From positions 45,809 to 109,808 of the forward strand of contig CAIVJR010000007.1 in assembly GCA_903906305.1 (NCBI GenBank): 64,000 bases of DNA, given 5' to 3'. The notes under the pieces were generated by a model, which was given only the letters and a program-made list of their open reading frames with translations, had not been told where the DNA came from and ran no database searches. The DNA is from an uncultured bacterium. GTDB lineage: Bacteria; Patescibacteriota; Dojkabacteria; SC72. This document shows, one piece after another, positions 9,866 through 19,158 of this stretch (within the stretch, counting starts at the first letter, position 1; the number at the start of each line of letters is the position of its first letter). The position numbers and the translations under genes were made by a program.

Positions 9866-10663
9866 GTGAAAAAATACAGGTTAAAGGTACAAAACGATAT
9901 TATATATCTATTTATACTCCTCGCCATAACGGAGTTTTTTAACTATCTCGTCCTAAATACACGAGGCGTAGGATTAATGATAACAGCAGGATTAGGAATT
10001 CTTCTTCTTGAAACATGGTTCATACGAACATTTAGTCTCTACTCTGGCAAAAAGATATCAAAATACAGTGATGTACTTGTCAAAATATCACTCAAAGATC
10101 GATTCTTTAGCTATTTTGTTCTCCCACTGATATTTTACATATCCATTCTAGCGTTCTTGTATTTCAACCGTAATTTGCTACTTGGTCATGTAGTTCTTGG
10201 TATCTGTATGGTGCTTTTCCTCATACTTTTCTTGAATGTAAAGAGCTCACTAAACAAGATATATTCGGTTGCCAATGCAACACGAGCGATCTTTGACTTC
10301 ATTTGTATTACAATTCTGTATTTACTCACAAACATATTTGTAAGAGTAGGTTTCTCAATGGTCACTTTCTCACTAATCCTCTTTGGTACTGCATTTGTAT
10401 TATTACTTTTCTCATTAAAACTACACCGAAAACTGGGATTAATGGAGATATTTGTTTCTCTGCTAAGTTCCGTATTCATATCCTGTTTTACAATCATATT
10501 CTGGAGCACAAATATTTTTGTAATTCCCCTTGTCGCAGCTTTAGGTTTCTATCTAGTTATATCAATATGGAATATCCGATTCTCAGGTAAAATACATTTG
10601 GTTGATTACTTCTTACCAATTTTGTATGTGATTCTAGCTTTAATATTAATTCTTACAATTTAA
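9866..10663 (+). CDS. Multi-pass membrane protein, unknown function
   Basis: About 8-9 hydrophobic segments; TAATG overlap with pyrH. Confidence 0.75.
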   Translation: MKKYRLKVQNDIIYLFILLAITEFFNYLVLNTRGVGLMITAGLGILLLETWFIRTFSLYSGKKISKYSDVLVKISLKDRFFSYFVLPLIFYISILAFLYFNRNLLLGHVVLGICMVLFLILFLNVKSSLNKIYSVANATRAIFDFICITILYLLTNIFVRVGFSMVTFSLILFGTAFVLLLFSLKLHRKLGLMEIFVSLLSSVFISCFTIIFWSTNIFVIPLVAALGFYLVISIWNIRFSGKIHLVDYFLPILYVILALILILTI

Positions 10664-11364
10664 TGCCTAAAAAGATTGTTGTTAAAATAGGGGGTTCGGT
10701 ACTTTACGATGGTAATTTAGATATTAATTTTTCGGTATTAAAGAAATTTAAGGATTGGTATATCCAGCATAAAGAGGAATATGAAAAGATTGTCATAGTA
10801 ACAGGTGGGGGTATGCTTTCAAGGGAGATACAGAGGAAAATGGAAGGTTCTGTAACTGAGAAGGAATACCAGCATAATATTGCTATGTCCATTACCCAAA
10901 CTAATGCAGCCATAATACAGGGGTATTTAGAAGATTTCGATTCATATATGCCAAGGAGACTTGGTGACGCATATGAATTCTTGAATGAGGAGAAGAATAG
11001 GACTCTAATTAGTGGAGGATTAAAAGTAGGATGGAGTACCGATATGGACGCTGCTATATTTGCAGATATGTTGGATGTAGATACGGTATACAAGGTTTCA
11101 GATATTGATCATGTATATGATGTAGATCCAAGTAATAACCCTAATGCTAAGCCATTTGACGATTTAACATGGGTTGAATACTCAGGGCTGTTCAACATCA
11201 CTGATGATGTTAATCATGAAGCTAACAAAAACATTCCAATTGATGTAACTTGTGCTAAATTCTGTCTTAAGAAGGGAATATCATTCTTCATATGTGGTGG
11301 AGATGCGTTAAAAGAAAAATCTACGGTAGAAGAGATTCTTCAAACAGGAACTTTGATACATTAA
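10663..11364 (+). CDS. pyrH: UMP kinase, archaeal-type (amino acid kinase family)
   Basis: VKIGGSVL, VTGGG, GGLKVGWSTD, VYDVDP, PIDVTCA. Confidence 0.8.
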   Translation: MPKKIVVKIGGSVLYDGNLDINFSVLKKFKDWYIQHKEEYEKIVIVTGGGMLSREIQRKMEGSVTEKEYQHNIAMSITQTNAAIIQGYLEDFDSYMPRRLGDAYEFLNEEKNRTLISGGLKVGWSTDMDAAIFADMLDVDTVYKVSDIDHVYDVDPSNNPNAKPFDDLTWVEYSGLFNITDDVNHEANKNIPIDVTCAKFCLKKGISFFICGGDALKEKSTVEEILQTGTLIH

Positions 11365-11819
11365 GCAATAGCTTCAATGGTATATTCCGTTGCACCCTTA
11401 GGAGTAGTAATTGTAACCTTTGAGTTCAATTTCTTTCCCATGATAGCTTGTCCAATTGGGGATAGGTGAGAAATTTTACCTTCTAATGGGTTAGCTTCTT
11501 CCTCTCCAGTGATTTCATACTTTACAGATTTTCCATTTTTCAATGTTACAGTGTCTCCAAGCCCAACTATACTCTTGTTCTTGTCTTTTGCCACTTTCGC
11601 AGTTCTAATTTTCTCCTTTAGCTCAAGGATTCTTTCTTCGTTTACATATTGATTTTCAAGAGCCATAGCATAGCCATCATTCTCTTTTAAATCTCCTTGA
11701 TTGCGCATTTCATTGATTGTATCCGCAATCTTTGCTCTAAGCTCAGTTTCTCTTTTGATGAGCTCATCTTTTAACTTTTTAAAACCGGACAGTGTTGTTT
11801 GGTATATGTTTTGTGTCAT
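11361..11819 (-). CDS. greA: Transcription elongation factor GreA
   Basis: GDLKENDGY tip, ISHLSPIGQAIMGK. Confidence 0.9.
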   Translation of the reverse strand: MTQNIYQTTLSGFKKLKDELIKRETELRAKIADTINEMRNQGDLKENDGYAMALENQYVNEERILELKEKIRTAKVAKDKNKSIVGLGDTVTLKNGKSVKYEITGEEEANPLEGKISHLSPIGQAIMGKKLNSKVTITTPKGATEYTIEAIA

Positions 11820-11924
11820 ATATCCCGGTATTTAATTTAGTAACGGAACATATTAATATTATGGGGGAAAGAAGTCAATAGATACAAAATATACCCAGTT
11901 TATGATAGAATTACAGCCAGAAAT

Positions 11925-11999
11925 GCCGCTATCGTCTAACGGTTAGGACATATGATTCTCAATCATACAACCGGGGTCCGATTCCCCGTAGCGGTACCA
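11925..11999 (+). tRNA. tRNA-Glu(CTC), CCA encoded
   Basis: gccgcta/tagcggt acceptor, anticodon arm tatga-ttCTCaa-tcata, T arm cgggg-tccgatt-ccccg. Confidence 0.93.
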
Positions 12000-12023
12000 T
12001 ATAAATATTTTAATATTTCCTCA

Positions 12024-12659
12024 ATGGCAAAAGTCTTTAATATAACAACATCTAAGGATGAAAAGGTTATTGGATTTTACAACCAGGCAATGGAGGAATT
12101 ATGCGAATTCTATGATATTCAATGGAATGAAAATACACCTTTAGTTCATATTGTTCCAGATAGGAAGACGTTTGATGATTTATGGGGTGAAAAAACTGGA
12201 AATTGGGTTGTTGGGGATACAATGGGAACGAACAAAATCTTGTATATTCTCTCTCCAGATGCGTATGAAAAGGATAGTATTCATAAATATTCGGATAAAG
12301 AATATTTGGGATTAATAAAGCATGAATTGAGCCATCTATTTTGTCAGATATTGTTTGATAGCTTTGAGCCACTTTGGTTTACAGAAGGGATAGCAGTATA
12401 TACTTCAGGACAATTAGAAAGGTATGAAAGGCCAAAGAAATTTTCTAAATTTCTTGAATTCTTCGATACACTTGGAGATGAAGCATATAGCCAGGCAGGA
12501 TTTGCAGTTGAAATATTGATTAAGAAGATTGGAAAGAAAAAATTCTTAAAAGCATTAAAGGATATTAAAACTCCAGTTACGAAGGAATCATTTAAAGAAT
12601 TTTTTAAGAAAAATTTTGATATAGAATTAAGTTATAAATGGTTTAATGAAAATCTATGA
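12024..12659 (+). CDS. Zincin-like metallopeptidase (peptidase MA-like)
   Basis: HELSH...PLWFTEGIA motif; start moved to ATG 12024 because the track start lies inside the tRNA. Confidence 0.7.
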   Translation: MAKVFNITTSKDEKVIGFYNQAMEELCEFYDIQWNENTPLVHIVPDRKTFDDLWGEKTGNWVVGDTMGTNKILYILSPDAYEKDSIHKYSDKEYLGLIKHELSHLFCQILFDSFEPLWFTEGIAVYTSGQLERYERPKKFSKFLEFFDTLGDEAYSQAGFAVEILIKKIGKKKFLKALKDIKTPVTKESFKEFFKKNFDIELSYKWFNENL

Positions 12660-13312
12660 AATTCGATATCATAACAATCTTCCCTGAAATAATAGAAGAA
12701 TATATAAACAAAGGAATAGTAAACATAGCCAGAGAAAAAGGATTGGTAGAAATTAACGTACACAACCTAAGAGATTGGACAGAAGATAATCATAAAACAG
12801 TAGACGATACCCCATGTGGTGGCGGGCCAGGAATGGTATTAAAAGTAGAACCCATATACAGAGCAATACAGGATTTAAAAAAGGAAAATACCATAGTAGC
12901 TATAACTACTCCTAAGGGAGAGAAATTAGTACAAAGCAAATTAAAGAATTTTTCAACCAAATCAGACTTACACATGATTATCCTATGTGGAAGATATGAG
13001 GGATTTGATCAAAGAATCCATGACAATTTGGTAGACTATGAATTCTCAATCGGGGATTATGTCCTCTCGGGAGGAGAATTAGCATCCCTCGTATTGGTAG
13101 ATGGAATTACCAGATTGCTACCAGGAGTTTTGGGTAATGAAGAATCTCTTAATGAAGAATCATTTAATGATGGAGAAACCTTAGACTATCCTCAATATAC
13201 TAGACCAATAGAGTTTAATGGCTGGAAAGTGCCTGATGTCTTACTTTCTGGAAATCATGAAGAAATTAAAAAATGGAGAGCCTCTCAAAAGCCTCTAATA
13301 GGTAAGAATTAA
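12656..13312 (+). CDS. trmD: tRNA (guanine-N1)-methyltransferase
   Basis: VDDTPCGGGPGM, CGRYEGFDQR, SIGDYVLSGGE, YPQYTRP. Confidence 0.97.
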   Translation: MKFDIITIFPEIIEEYINKGIVNIAREKGLVEINVHNLRDWTEDNHKTVDDTPCGGGPGMVLKVEPIYRAIQDLKKENTIVAITTPKGEKLVQSKLKNFSTKSDLHMIILCGRYEGFDQRIHDNLVDYEFSIGDYVLSGGELASLVLVDGITRLLPGVLGNEESLNEESFNDGETLDYPQYTRPIEFNGWKVPDVLLSGNHEEIKKWRASQKPLIGKN

Positions 13313-13381
13313 GGCTATATTACATAATATTCTCATAGACTATATAATATACTATAGAGTTCTAAATTAAGAACAAAGAAA

Positions 13382-13846
13382 ATGAAAGAAAAAATACTCC
13401 TAACCAAGGAAAAGAAAGAAGCCTTAGAATTAGAATTAAAGAATTTAATTGAAGTTAAGAAACCTGAAATCTCTGCAGCTTTGGCATTAGCAAGGCAAAA
13501 TGATTTGAGTGATGACACGGATGATCTAAGCATTATGTTGGTAGAGAAGGAATCTTTTGAGGATAGGATCAAGGAATTAAAAGAACTTTTGGCAAATTCC
13601 AAGGTTATAGATAAAAAATTCTGTACTCCAAACAAAGTAAGTGTTGGTTCTGAAATCAAAGTTGAATTCAATGGAAAGAAACAGGATTTAAAACTTGTAA
13701 CTACATTGGAATCAGATCCACTAAAAGGATATATATCTGAAGGTTCTCCATTAGGTAAAGCTTTGTTAAAAGCTCAAGTAGGGAAGACCGTTGATTTCAA
13801 GGTAAAGGGAAGAAAATTTGAATACAAGATCTTAGAGATTTGCTAA
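13382..13846 (+). CDS. GreA/GreB-family paralogue with Asp-rich tip
   Basis: LTKE..EALELEL coiled coil, tip NDLSDDTDD, ISEGSPLGKALL. Confidence 0.85.
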   Translation: MKEKILLTKEKKEALELELKNLIEVKKPEISAALALARQNDLSDDTDDLSIMLVEKESFEDRIKELKELLANSKVIDKKFCTPNKVSVGSEIKVEFNGKKQDLKLVTTLESDPLKGYISEGSPLGKALLKAQVGKTVDFKVKGRKFEYKILEIC

Positions 13847-15115
13847 ATCTTCAATCTTAACTCTTTCTTGCTTCATTGTATCTCTGTCTCTAACTGTTAC
13901 AGTATTATCTTCTAGTGTTTGATAATCCACAGTTATACAGTATGGTGTACCAATTTCATCTTGGTATCGATATCTTTTCCCGATATTGCCTCTCGCATCC
14001 CATACAACCTTCTTGGTATCTGTAAGCTTCTCAAATATTTCTCTAGCCTTGTTAACAATTTCTTCTTTGTTAGAAACCAATGGGAATACCGCGGCTTTGT
14101 ATGCAGCTATCTCAGGATTAATCTTTAATACTGTCCTAATCTCACCATTCTCTAAAGTTTCTTCCTCATATGAGTCTAAAAGTAAGAACAAGAATGTTCT
14201 GTCCACACCACCTGAAGTTTCAACAATGTTTGGCATGTATTTTTCACCTGTTTGAGGATCGGTATATGACAAATCTTTCCCAGAGAATTTACTATGCTGT
14301 GTTAGATCGTAATCACCTCTCCAGTGTATACCTTCATTTTCAGCCCATCCCCATGGTGCTAGATATTCAACATCAAAAGCTTTCTTAGCATAGAAGACTA
14401 ATTTTTCTTTTGGATGTTCAAAGAATCTCAGATTCTCATGCTTTCGGTATAGCTTCTTGTAGAAGTTCATTCTTTCTTCCTTCCAATATTCAAATGATTT
14501 TTCCATATCGTTTGGATGAACGAAATACTGCATATCCCATTGCTCAAATTCTCTAGTTCTGAATGTAAACTTGTTCGGAGTGATTTCATTTCTAAATGCT
14601 TTTCCAATTTGTGCAATACCAAAAGGAATTTGTTGTCTTGTAGAATCAACAACATTTTTAAAATCAAGATATATGGTTTGGCAGGCTTCACCTCTGAGGT
14701 ATGCTGTTACTTTTTCTCCTTCAATTACACCGACTTCGGTTTTAAAAAGCATATTGTATGTTCTTGGTTCTGTGAATTCTGTTCCACCACACTTTGGACA
14801 TTTGCCATCTATATCTTCAGGTCTAAATCTTGCATGACATTTTTTACATTCAACAGCTTCATCCCCAAAACCTTTGATATGACCAGATGCCTCCCATACT
14901 TTTGGATGGGTGATAATGGTTCCATCAATACCAACAACATTCTCTCGTTTGTCTACCATGTTCTTCCACCAATATCTTTTGAGATTGTTCTTCATCTCTA
15001 CACCTACAGGACCATAATCATAGAATCCTCCTATACCACCATATATTTCAGAATTTTGAAATATAATACCTCTTCTTTTACTGAGGGATGTGACTTTTTG
15101 TAGAAGATCTTCCAT
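13832..15115 (-). CDS. glyQS: Glycine--tRNA ligase, alpha2 (archaeal/eukaryotic) type
   Basis: YDYGPVG, IGKAFRNEITP, FRTREFEQ, IGKRYRYQDEIGTPY. Confidence 0.95.
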   Translation of the reverse strand: MEDLLQKVTSLSKRRGIIFQNSEIYGGIGGFYDYGPVGVEMKNNLKRYWWKNMVDKRENVVGIDGTIITHPKVWEASGHIKGFGDEAVECKKCHARFRPEDIDGKCPKCGGTEFTEPRTYNMLFKTEVGVIEGEKVTAYLRGEACQTIYLDFKNVVDSTRQQIPFGIAQIGKAFRNEITPNKFTFRTREFEQWDMQYFVHPNDMEKSFEYWKEERMNFYKKLYRKHENLRFFEHPKEKLVFYAKKAFDVEYLAPWGWAENEGIHWRGDYDLTQHSKFSGKDLSYTDPQTGEKYMPNIVETSGGVDRTFLFLLLDSYEEETLENGEIRTVLKINPEIAAYKAAVFPLVSNKEEIVNKAREIFEKLTDTKKVVWDARGNIGKRYRYQDEIGTPYCITVDYQTLEDNTVTVRDRDTMKQERVKIEDLANL

Positions 15116-15223
15116 AGGTCGAAAGATGAAATTAATATTCCTGATTATATCTTAAAATCTTGTGTAAGGACAGATTATTTATATGATATAATCCTACTAT
15201 CTTAAATTATATGATTCGTTCCC

Positions 15224-16768
15224 ATGGAGGATACACAAAGGAGTGACATGCTCGGACAAAGACAAGTAAGATTAGAGAAAATCGAAGCACTCAAGAAGTT
15301 AGGTGTGGAGATATATCCTGCGAAGTCATATAAACAATTTCACAATGGAGAAATATTAAACAATTTTGAAAAATATGAAGGGCAAGAAGTCTGTCTTGCG
15401 GGTAGAGTAGTAGCCTGGAGAGAGCATGGACAACTTTTGTTTGGAAATATAATGGATCAAACTGGAACCATCCAGATCATGGTTAGAGAAAGTGAGCTTG
15501 TTGAAGACCTTGCTAAGGGATATTTGGGATTTGATAAGTTGACGCTTTTGGATTTGGCAGATTTTGTTGAAGTCTATGGAATCATCGGCAAAACTAAAAC
15601 TGGTGAAATTTCGGTTATGGTTAAAAACATAAGGTTGCTTTCTAAAGCATTAAGACCAATTCCACGAAAATTGGAAAACAAAGAGCAGATATTTAGAAGA
15701 AGATATTTGGATTTGGTAGTAGATAGGGAAAGTTTTGAGATGTTTAAGAGGAAAGCTCAATTCTGGCAGGTACAGAGAGATCTTCTAAGAAGCGAAGGCT
15801 TTATAGAAGTTGAAGTTCCTGTAATGGAAGCTATAACTGGTGGAGCAGATGCTAGGCCATTTGTTACACATCATAATGCTTTAAATCAGGATTTCTTTTT
15901 AAGAATTTCTACGGAATTGTATCAAAAGAGGTTAATAGGTGGTGGATATGAAAAGATATATACATTAGGTCCTAACTTCAGAAATGAAGGTATGGATGAT
16001 GAACATCTTCCAGAATTCCAAGATATCGAATGGTATTGGGCATATGCCAATTACAGAGATAATATGGATTTAGTAAGAAGATTGTTCTTAGAGATTGCTA
16101 ACAAGGTATATGGTAGAACCAAGTTTACAACTAGAGGTCATACATTTGATTTAGCTGATGAATGGAAGGAATTAGACTATACAACAATAATCAAGGAAAG
16201 GTTTGATATTGATATCTTCAACGATTCAGATGAGAAGATGTTAAAGGTTATAGAGGACAACCATATTGAGATGGGTGGTGAAGTAAACAGAAATAGATTA
16301 ATTGATACGCTTTGGAAAGCTATTAGGGCTACAATATCTGGCCCTGCATTCTTAGTGAATCAACCAAAATTTGTTTCTCCTTTAGCAAAATCACATCAGG
16401 ATAATCCTGAATTAACAGAAAGATTCCAAGTAATAATTGCAGGGAGTGAATTGGGTAATGGATATTCTGAAATTAATGATCCTCAAGATCAATTAGATAG
16501 ATTCTTGGAACAACAGGCTTTAAGAGAGAGTGGGGATGATGAGGCTCAGATGTTAGATATTGATTTTGTTGAGATGTTGGAATATGGTATGCCACCTACG
16601 AGTGGTTATGGTCAAAGTGAGAGAATATTCTGGTTCTTAGAAGATGTTTCTGGTAGAGAAGGTATATTCTTCCCACCTATGAGGATAGAAGTAGAGAATA
16701 CGACTAAAGAAATATACAAGGACAAAGTCAAATTCAAGGAAACGGTTAAGAAAGAGGAGAAGAAATAA
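15224..16768 (+). CDS. lysS: Lysine--tRNA ligase, class II
   Basis: RRRYLDL, GGADARPFVTHHN, FRNEG, YGMPPTSG. Confidence 0.97.
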   Translation: MEDTQRSDMLGQRQVRLEKIEALKKLGVEIYPAKSYKQFHNGEILNNFEKYEGQEVCLAGRVVAWREHGQLLFGNIMDQTGTIQIMVRESELVEDLAKGYLGFDKLTLLDLADFVEVYGIIGKTKTGEISVMVKNIRLLSKALRPIPRKLENKEQIFRRRYLDLVVDRESFEMFKRKAQFWQVQRDLLRSEGFIEVEVPVMEAITGGADARPFVTHHNALNQDFFLRISTELYQKRLIGGGYEKIYTLGPNFRNEGMDDEHLPEFQDIEWYWAYANYRDNMDLVRRLFLEIANKVYGRTKFTTRGHTFDLADEWKELDYTTIIKERFDIDIFNDSDEKMLKVIEDNHIEMGGEVNRNRLIDTLWKAIRATISGPAFLVNQPKFVSPLAKSHQDNPELTERFQVIIAGSELGNGYSEINDPQDQLDRFLEQQALRESGDDEAQMLDIDFVEMLEYGMPPTSGYGQSERIFWFLEDVSGREGIFFPPMRIEVENTTKEIYKDKVKFKETVKKEEKK

Positions 16769-16782
16769 TAGAAATTTGTTAA

Positions 16783-16847
16783 CCAATCCTTCTTCTCTTA
16801 TATTCTCACATATGAGTAATGCACATAGTGGCAAGAAGAAGGATTGG
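16783..16847 (-). other. Three-way-junction module closed by a perfect 14-bp stem (possible terminator or ncRNA 3' domain)
   Basis: ccaatccttcttct (16783-16796) / agaagaaggattgg (16834-16847) enclosing two small hairpins. Confidence 0.6.
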
Positions 16848-16855
16848 ACTATATT

Positions 16856-16932
16856 TGGCTCCTCGTGCGTGGGTTCGAACCCGCGACCTAGTGATTACAA
16901 TCACCCGCTCTAACCAACTGAGCTAACGAGGA
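16856..16932 (-). tRNA. Aberrant tRNA-Asn-like element (6-nt anticodon loop, bulged T stem)
   Basis: Reverse complement tcctcgt-tagctcagttggttagagc-g-ggtga-ttgtaa-tcact-aggtc-gcggg-ttcgaac-ccacgc-acgagga-GCCA. Confidence 0.75.
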
Positions 16933-16940
16933 ACAAAAAG

Positions 16941-17025
16941 TGGTGCATGTGTTATGGGATTGGGACCCTACCGTCTCGGTATCCAAGCGAGAGCGATGCT
17001 TCTTTCTAAGCTACACATTGCACCA
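16941..17025 (-). ncRNA. Degenerate cloverleaf (tRNA-like) ending ACCA
   Basis: gca(a)tgtg/cacatgc-ACCA acceptor, D arm gctt/aagc, long arm atcg-c-tctcg/cgaga-cggt, T-like arm taggg-tcccaat-ccc(a)ta. Confidence 0.55.
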
Positions 17026-17035
17026 TAATATTGTG

Positions 17036-17088
17036 ATATCTACCTGATTTAACGGACAAATCGCACTCTTATTGAGCTCAGTAGATAT
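17036..17088 (-). ncRNA. Truncated tRNA-like three-way junction
   Basis: atatctac/gtagatat stem, D-like gctc-aataa-gagt, gattt-7nt-aaatc arm; no T arm. Confidence 0.45.
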
Positions 17089-17098
17089 ACTACAAAAA

Positions 17099-17160
17099 TT
17101 TCAAAGAACAAATTTCATTAATAATAAAGAAATTATAATATAACTATTTCTATCGGTCAA
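17099..17160 (-). promoter_or_regulatory. Sigma70 promoter plus boxA-like element driving the tRNA-like cassette
   Basis: TTGACC (17160-17155)-17 nt-TATAAT (17137-17132); downstream TGTTCTTTGAAA (17110-17099). Confidence 0.75.
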
Positions 17161-17197
17161 TCTAAAACAATCTATATATTTCTGATATCATTAACAT

Positions 17198-17569
17198 ATG
17201 GAATCAATCAAAGACTTATTACAACAAATCAAACAAGGAGCAGAAGAGAAGGCTGATGAAACCAGTACTCCGCAGAATACACTCTTTGATACAAAGAAAT
17301 TAGCCACTAACCCTAACAAGCTGTTTGATAACAAACATAAGTACATATCTACTGAATATCAAATGTATGGACTTAGATTAGCAGGAAAACTAGATGACAA
17401 GAAACGAGCTACAATGTATATCAAATGGGCTAAGGAAAAACCAAGAGCAATACTAGAAATGGCATATAGCTTCTGTATAGACTATCCAAGTGCAAGAGAT
17501 AAAAGTAAGATATTTATGTGGAAAGTAAAAGAACTAGAAGATGAAAGAAAAAATAAACCAAAAGAGTAA
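17198..17569 (+). CDS. Hypothetical protein
   Basis: Intact 123-aa ORF with TGn-TATCAT 6 nt before the ATG. Confidence 0.75.
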   Translation: MESIKDLLQQIKQGAEEKADETSTPQNTLFDTKKLATNPNKLFDNKHKYISTEYQMYGLRLAGKLDDKKRATMYIKWAKEKPRAILEMAYSFCIDYPSARDKSKIFMWKVKELEDERKNKPKE

Positions 17570-18365
17570 TTTCAAAAATATTCTTAAGCGAATAACTAAG
17601 ATGTTTTTTGCGCAGGAATTTATGCACAAAGAACAGCTACTTGTTTGGATTATTGCGGATATTATTAAGATTGCGGGATTATGTTTTGTATGGGCTGCAT
17701 CTGCTCGAATGACGGGGAATATGGATCAAGGATATGTGATCACATACTACGTAATGATGATTTTAGTTGGCAAACTTATGCAAGATATTACTCCTGAAAA
17801 TGGGGTAAGACAGATTTTAAACGGAAAATTCTCCAACTCTCTTCTTAAACCTATGTCATATCTGACAGAATATTTGGGAAGTAATATGGGGTCGAATTTT
17901 TTTAGGCTAATAGTCTCAATCCCTGCTTTTGGATTAGGAATGTATATTACGAATAGACTTGGGTTTTGGATAGTGGATTTCAATCCATATTTGATACTGC
18001 TAGGGCTATTTGCTGTTGTACTAGGCTTTTTGATCAATTTCCTCTTAGGGAATATTTTTGCCATGTTGGCCTTTTACAACAAAAATATGGAAGGAATGAG
18101 AATCTTTTATAGTAATATTACAGCAACCTTTTCGGGAGAATACATACCCTTTGTGGCATTACCATTAGTGGCTTTGTTCACGGTACAGGTATTACCTTTC
18201 AGATATACACTTTCCTTTCCAATTGAAATTCTATTAGGAAGAATGACAAACTATGATATTGGTCTAGGATTTTTAATTGGAATTGTATGGCTAATTGCCT
18301 TGTATATCATCTATTCTATTTTCTTTAAGATATCCATAAAAAAATATGCAGCAGAAGGGATATAG
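17541..18365 (+). CDS. ABC-2 family (DUF990-like) permease
   Basis: I.NGKFSNSLLKPMS, FSGEYIP, LPFRYTLSFP, six TMs. Confidence 0.85.
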   Translation: MKEKINQKSNFKNILKRITKMFFAQEFMHKEQLLVWIIADIIKIAGLCFVWAASARMTGNMDQGYVITYYVMMILVGKLMQDITPENGVRQILNGKFSNSLLKPMSYLTEYLGSNMGSNFFRLIVSIPAFGLGMYITNRLGFWIVDFNPYLILLGLFAVVLGFLINFLLGNIFAMLAFYNKNMEGMRIFYSNITATFSGEYIPFVALPLVALFTVQVLPFRYTLSFPIEILLGRMTNYDIGLGFLIGIVWLIALYIIYSIFFKISIKKYAAEGI

Positions 18366-19158
18366 GACAACAATATGGAGATATGCAAGAATATGGTTTT
18401 TGAACCTTAGAGCAAGTATCAAAAAAAGTAATACATACAAAGGAGAGATTGTGGTTCGTTTCCTAAGAACTATCTTTATCTTAGGTATACAGCTTCTTCT
18501 TCTAACTCTAGTTTTTGGAAATAGTGAGATTTACGTAGGTTGGACAAAAGCAGAAGCATATCTAGTAATGGGTATTTGGAATTTATTAAATTATTCAGGT
18601 TGGGCATTTTTTGGAATCAATCTTGAAAGATTAGAAAGCAGAGTATTAAGTGGTGAATTTGACTTCACCCTTCTAAAACCATTATCTTCCGCATGGTTTT
18701 CCTCCTTTTATGATTTCTCAACATATAGTGTTATTTCTTCCTTATCAGGTGTTGCATTGATTGCATACTATTTTGTATTAGAGTGGGGGACATTTACATG
18801 GGAAAGGATATTATTAGGATGTGGTGGTATTATCGTGGCTTTCGTCTTTTGGTATGCTTTCTATTTACTCTTGGCAAGTTTTACATTGGCTAATCCTAGA
18901 AATGGATTCTTGGCACTAGTGAAAGAGATATTGGGATTAGCAAAATATCCAGTAAATATTTATTCTAATTCTATACAGATGATATTTTTTACCATTCTAC
19001 CAATTGCTTTTGTTAGTACTGTTCCCGCTAGTTTAATTATTGGAAGGATGGGGGTATCATTTTTAATAATTGGAGCAGGATTAGCAATTCTTTTTGTTCG
19101 ATTTAGCTATTGGGTATGGAAACAGAATGTTAGGAAATATGTAAGTGCCGGAGGATAG
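18346..19158 (+). CDS. ABC-2 family (DUF990-like) permease
   Basis: GEFDFTLLKP, KYPVNIY, ILPIAF, KYVSAGG end. Confidence 0.85.
   Translation: MQQKGYRTTIWRYARIWFLNLRASIKKSNTYKGEIVVRFLRTIFILGIQLLLLTLVFGNSEIYVGWTKAEAYLVMGIWNLLNYSGWAFFGINLERLESRVLSGEFDFTLLKPLSSAWFSSFYDFSTYSVISSLSGVALIAYYFVLEWGTFTWERILLGCGGIIVAFVFWYAFYLLLASFTLANPRNGFLALVKEILGLAKYPVNIYSNSIQMIFFTILPIAFVSTVPASLIIGRMGVSFLIIGAGLAILFVRFSYWVWKQNVRKYVSAGG

Noticed and set aside
11952-12023. N-terminal extension of the peptidase ORF
   Set aside because: It overlaps tRNA-Glu; ATG 12024 is the more plausible start.
16783-17125. tmRNA or Y RNA identity for the tRNA-like cassette
   Set aside because: No GGGG-start G3-U70 alanine acceptor or tag ORF seen, and no Ro60/RtcB gene in the window.
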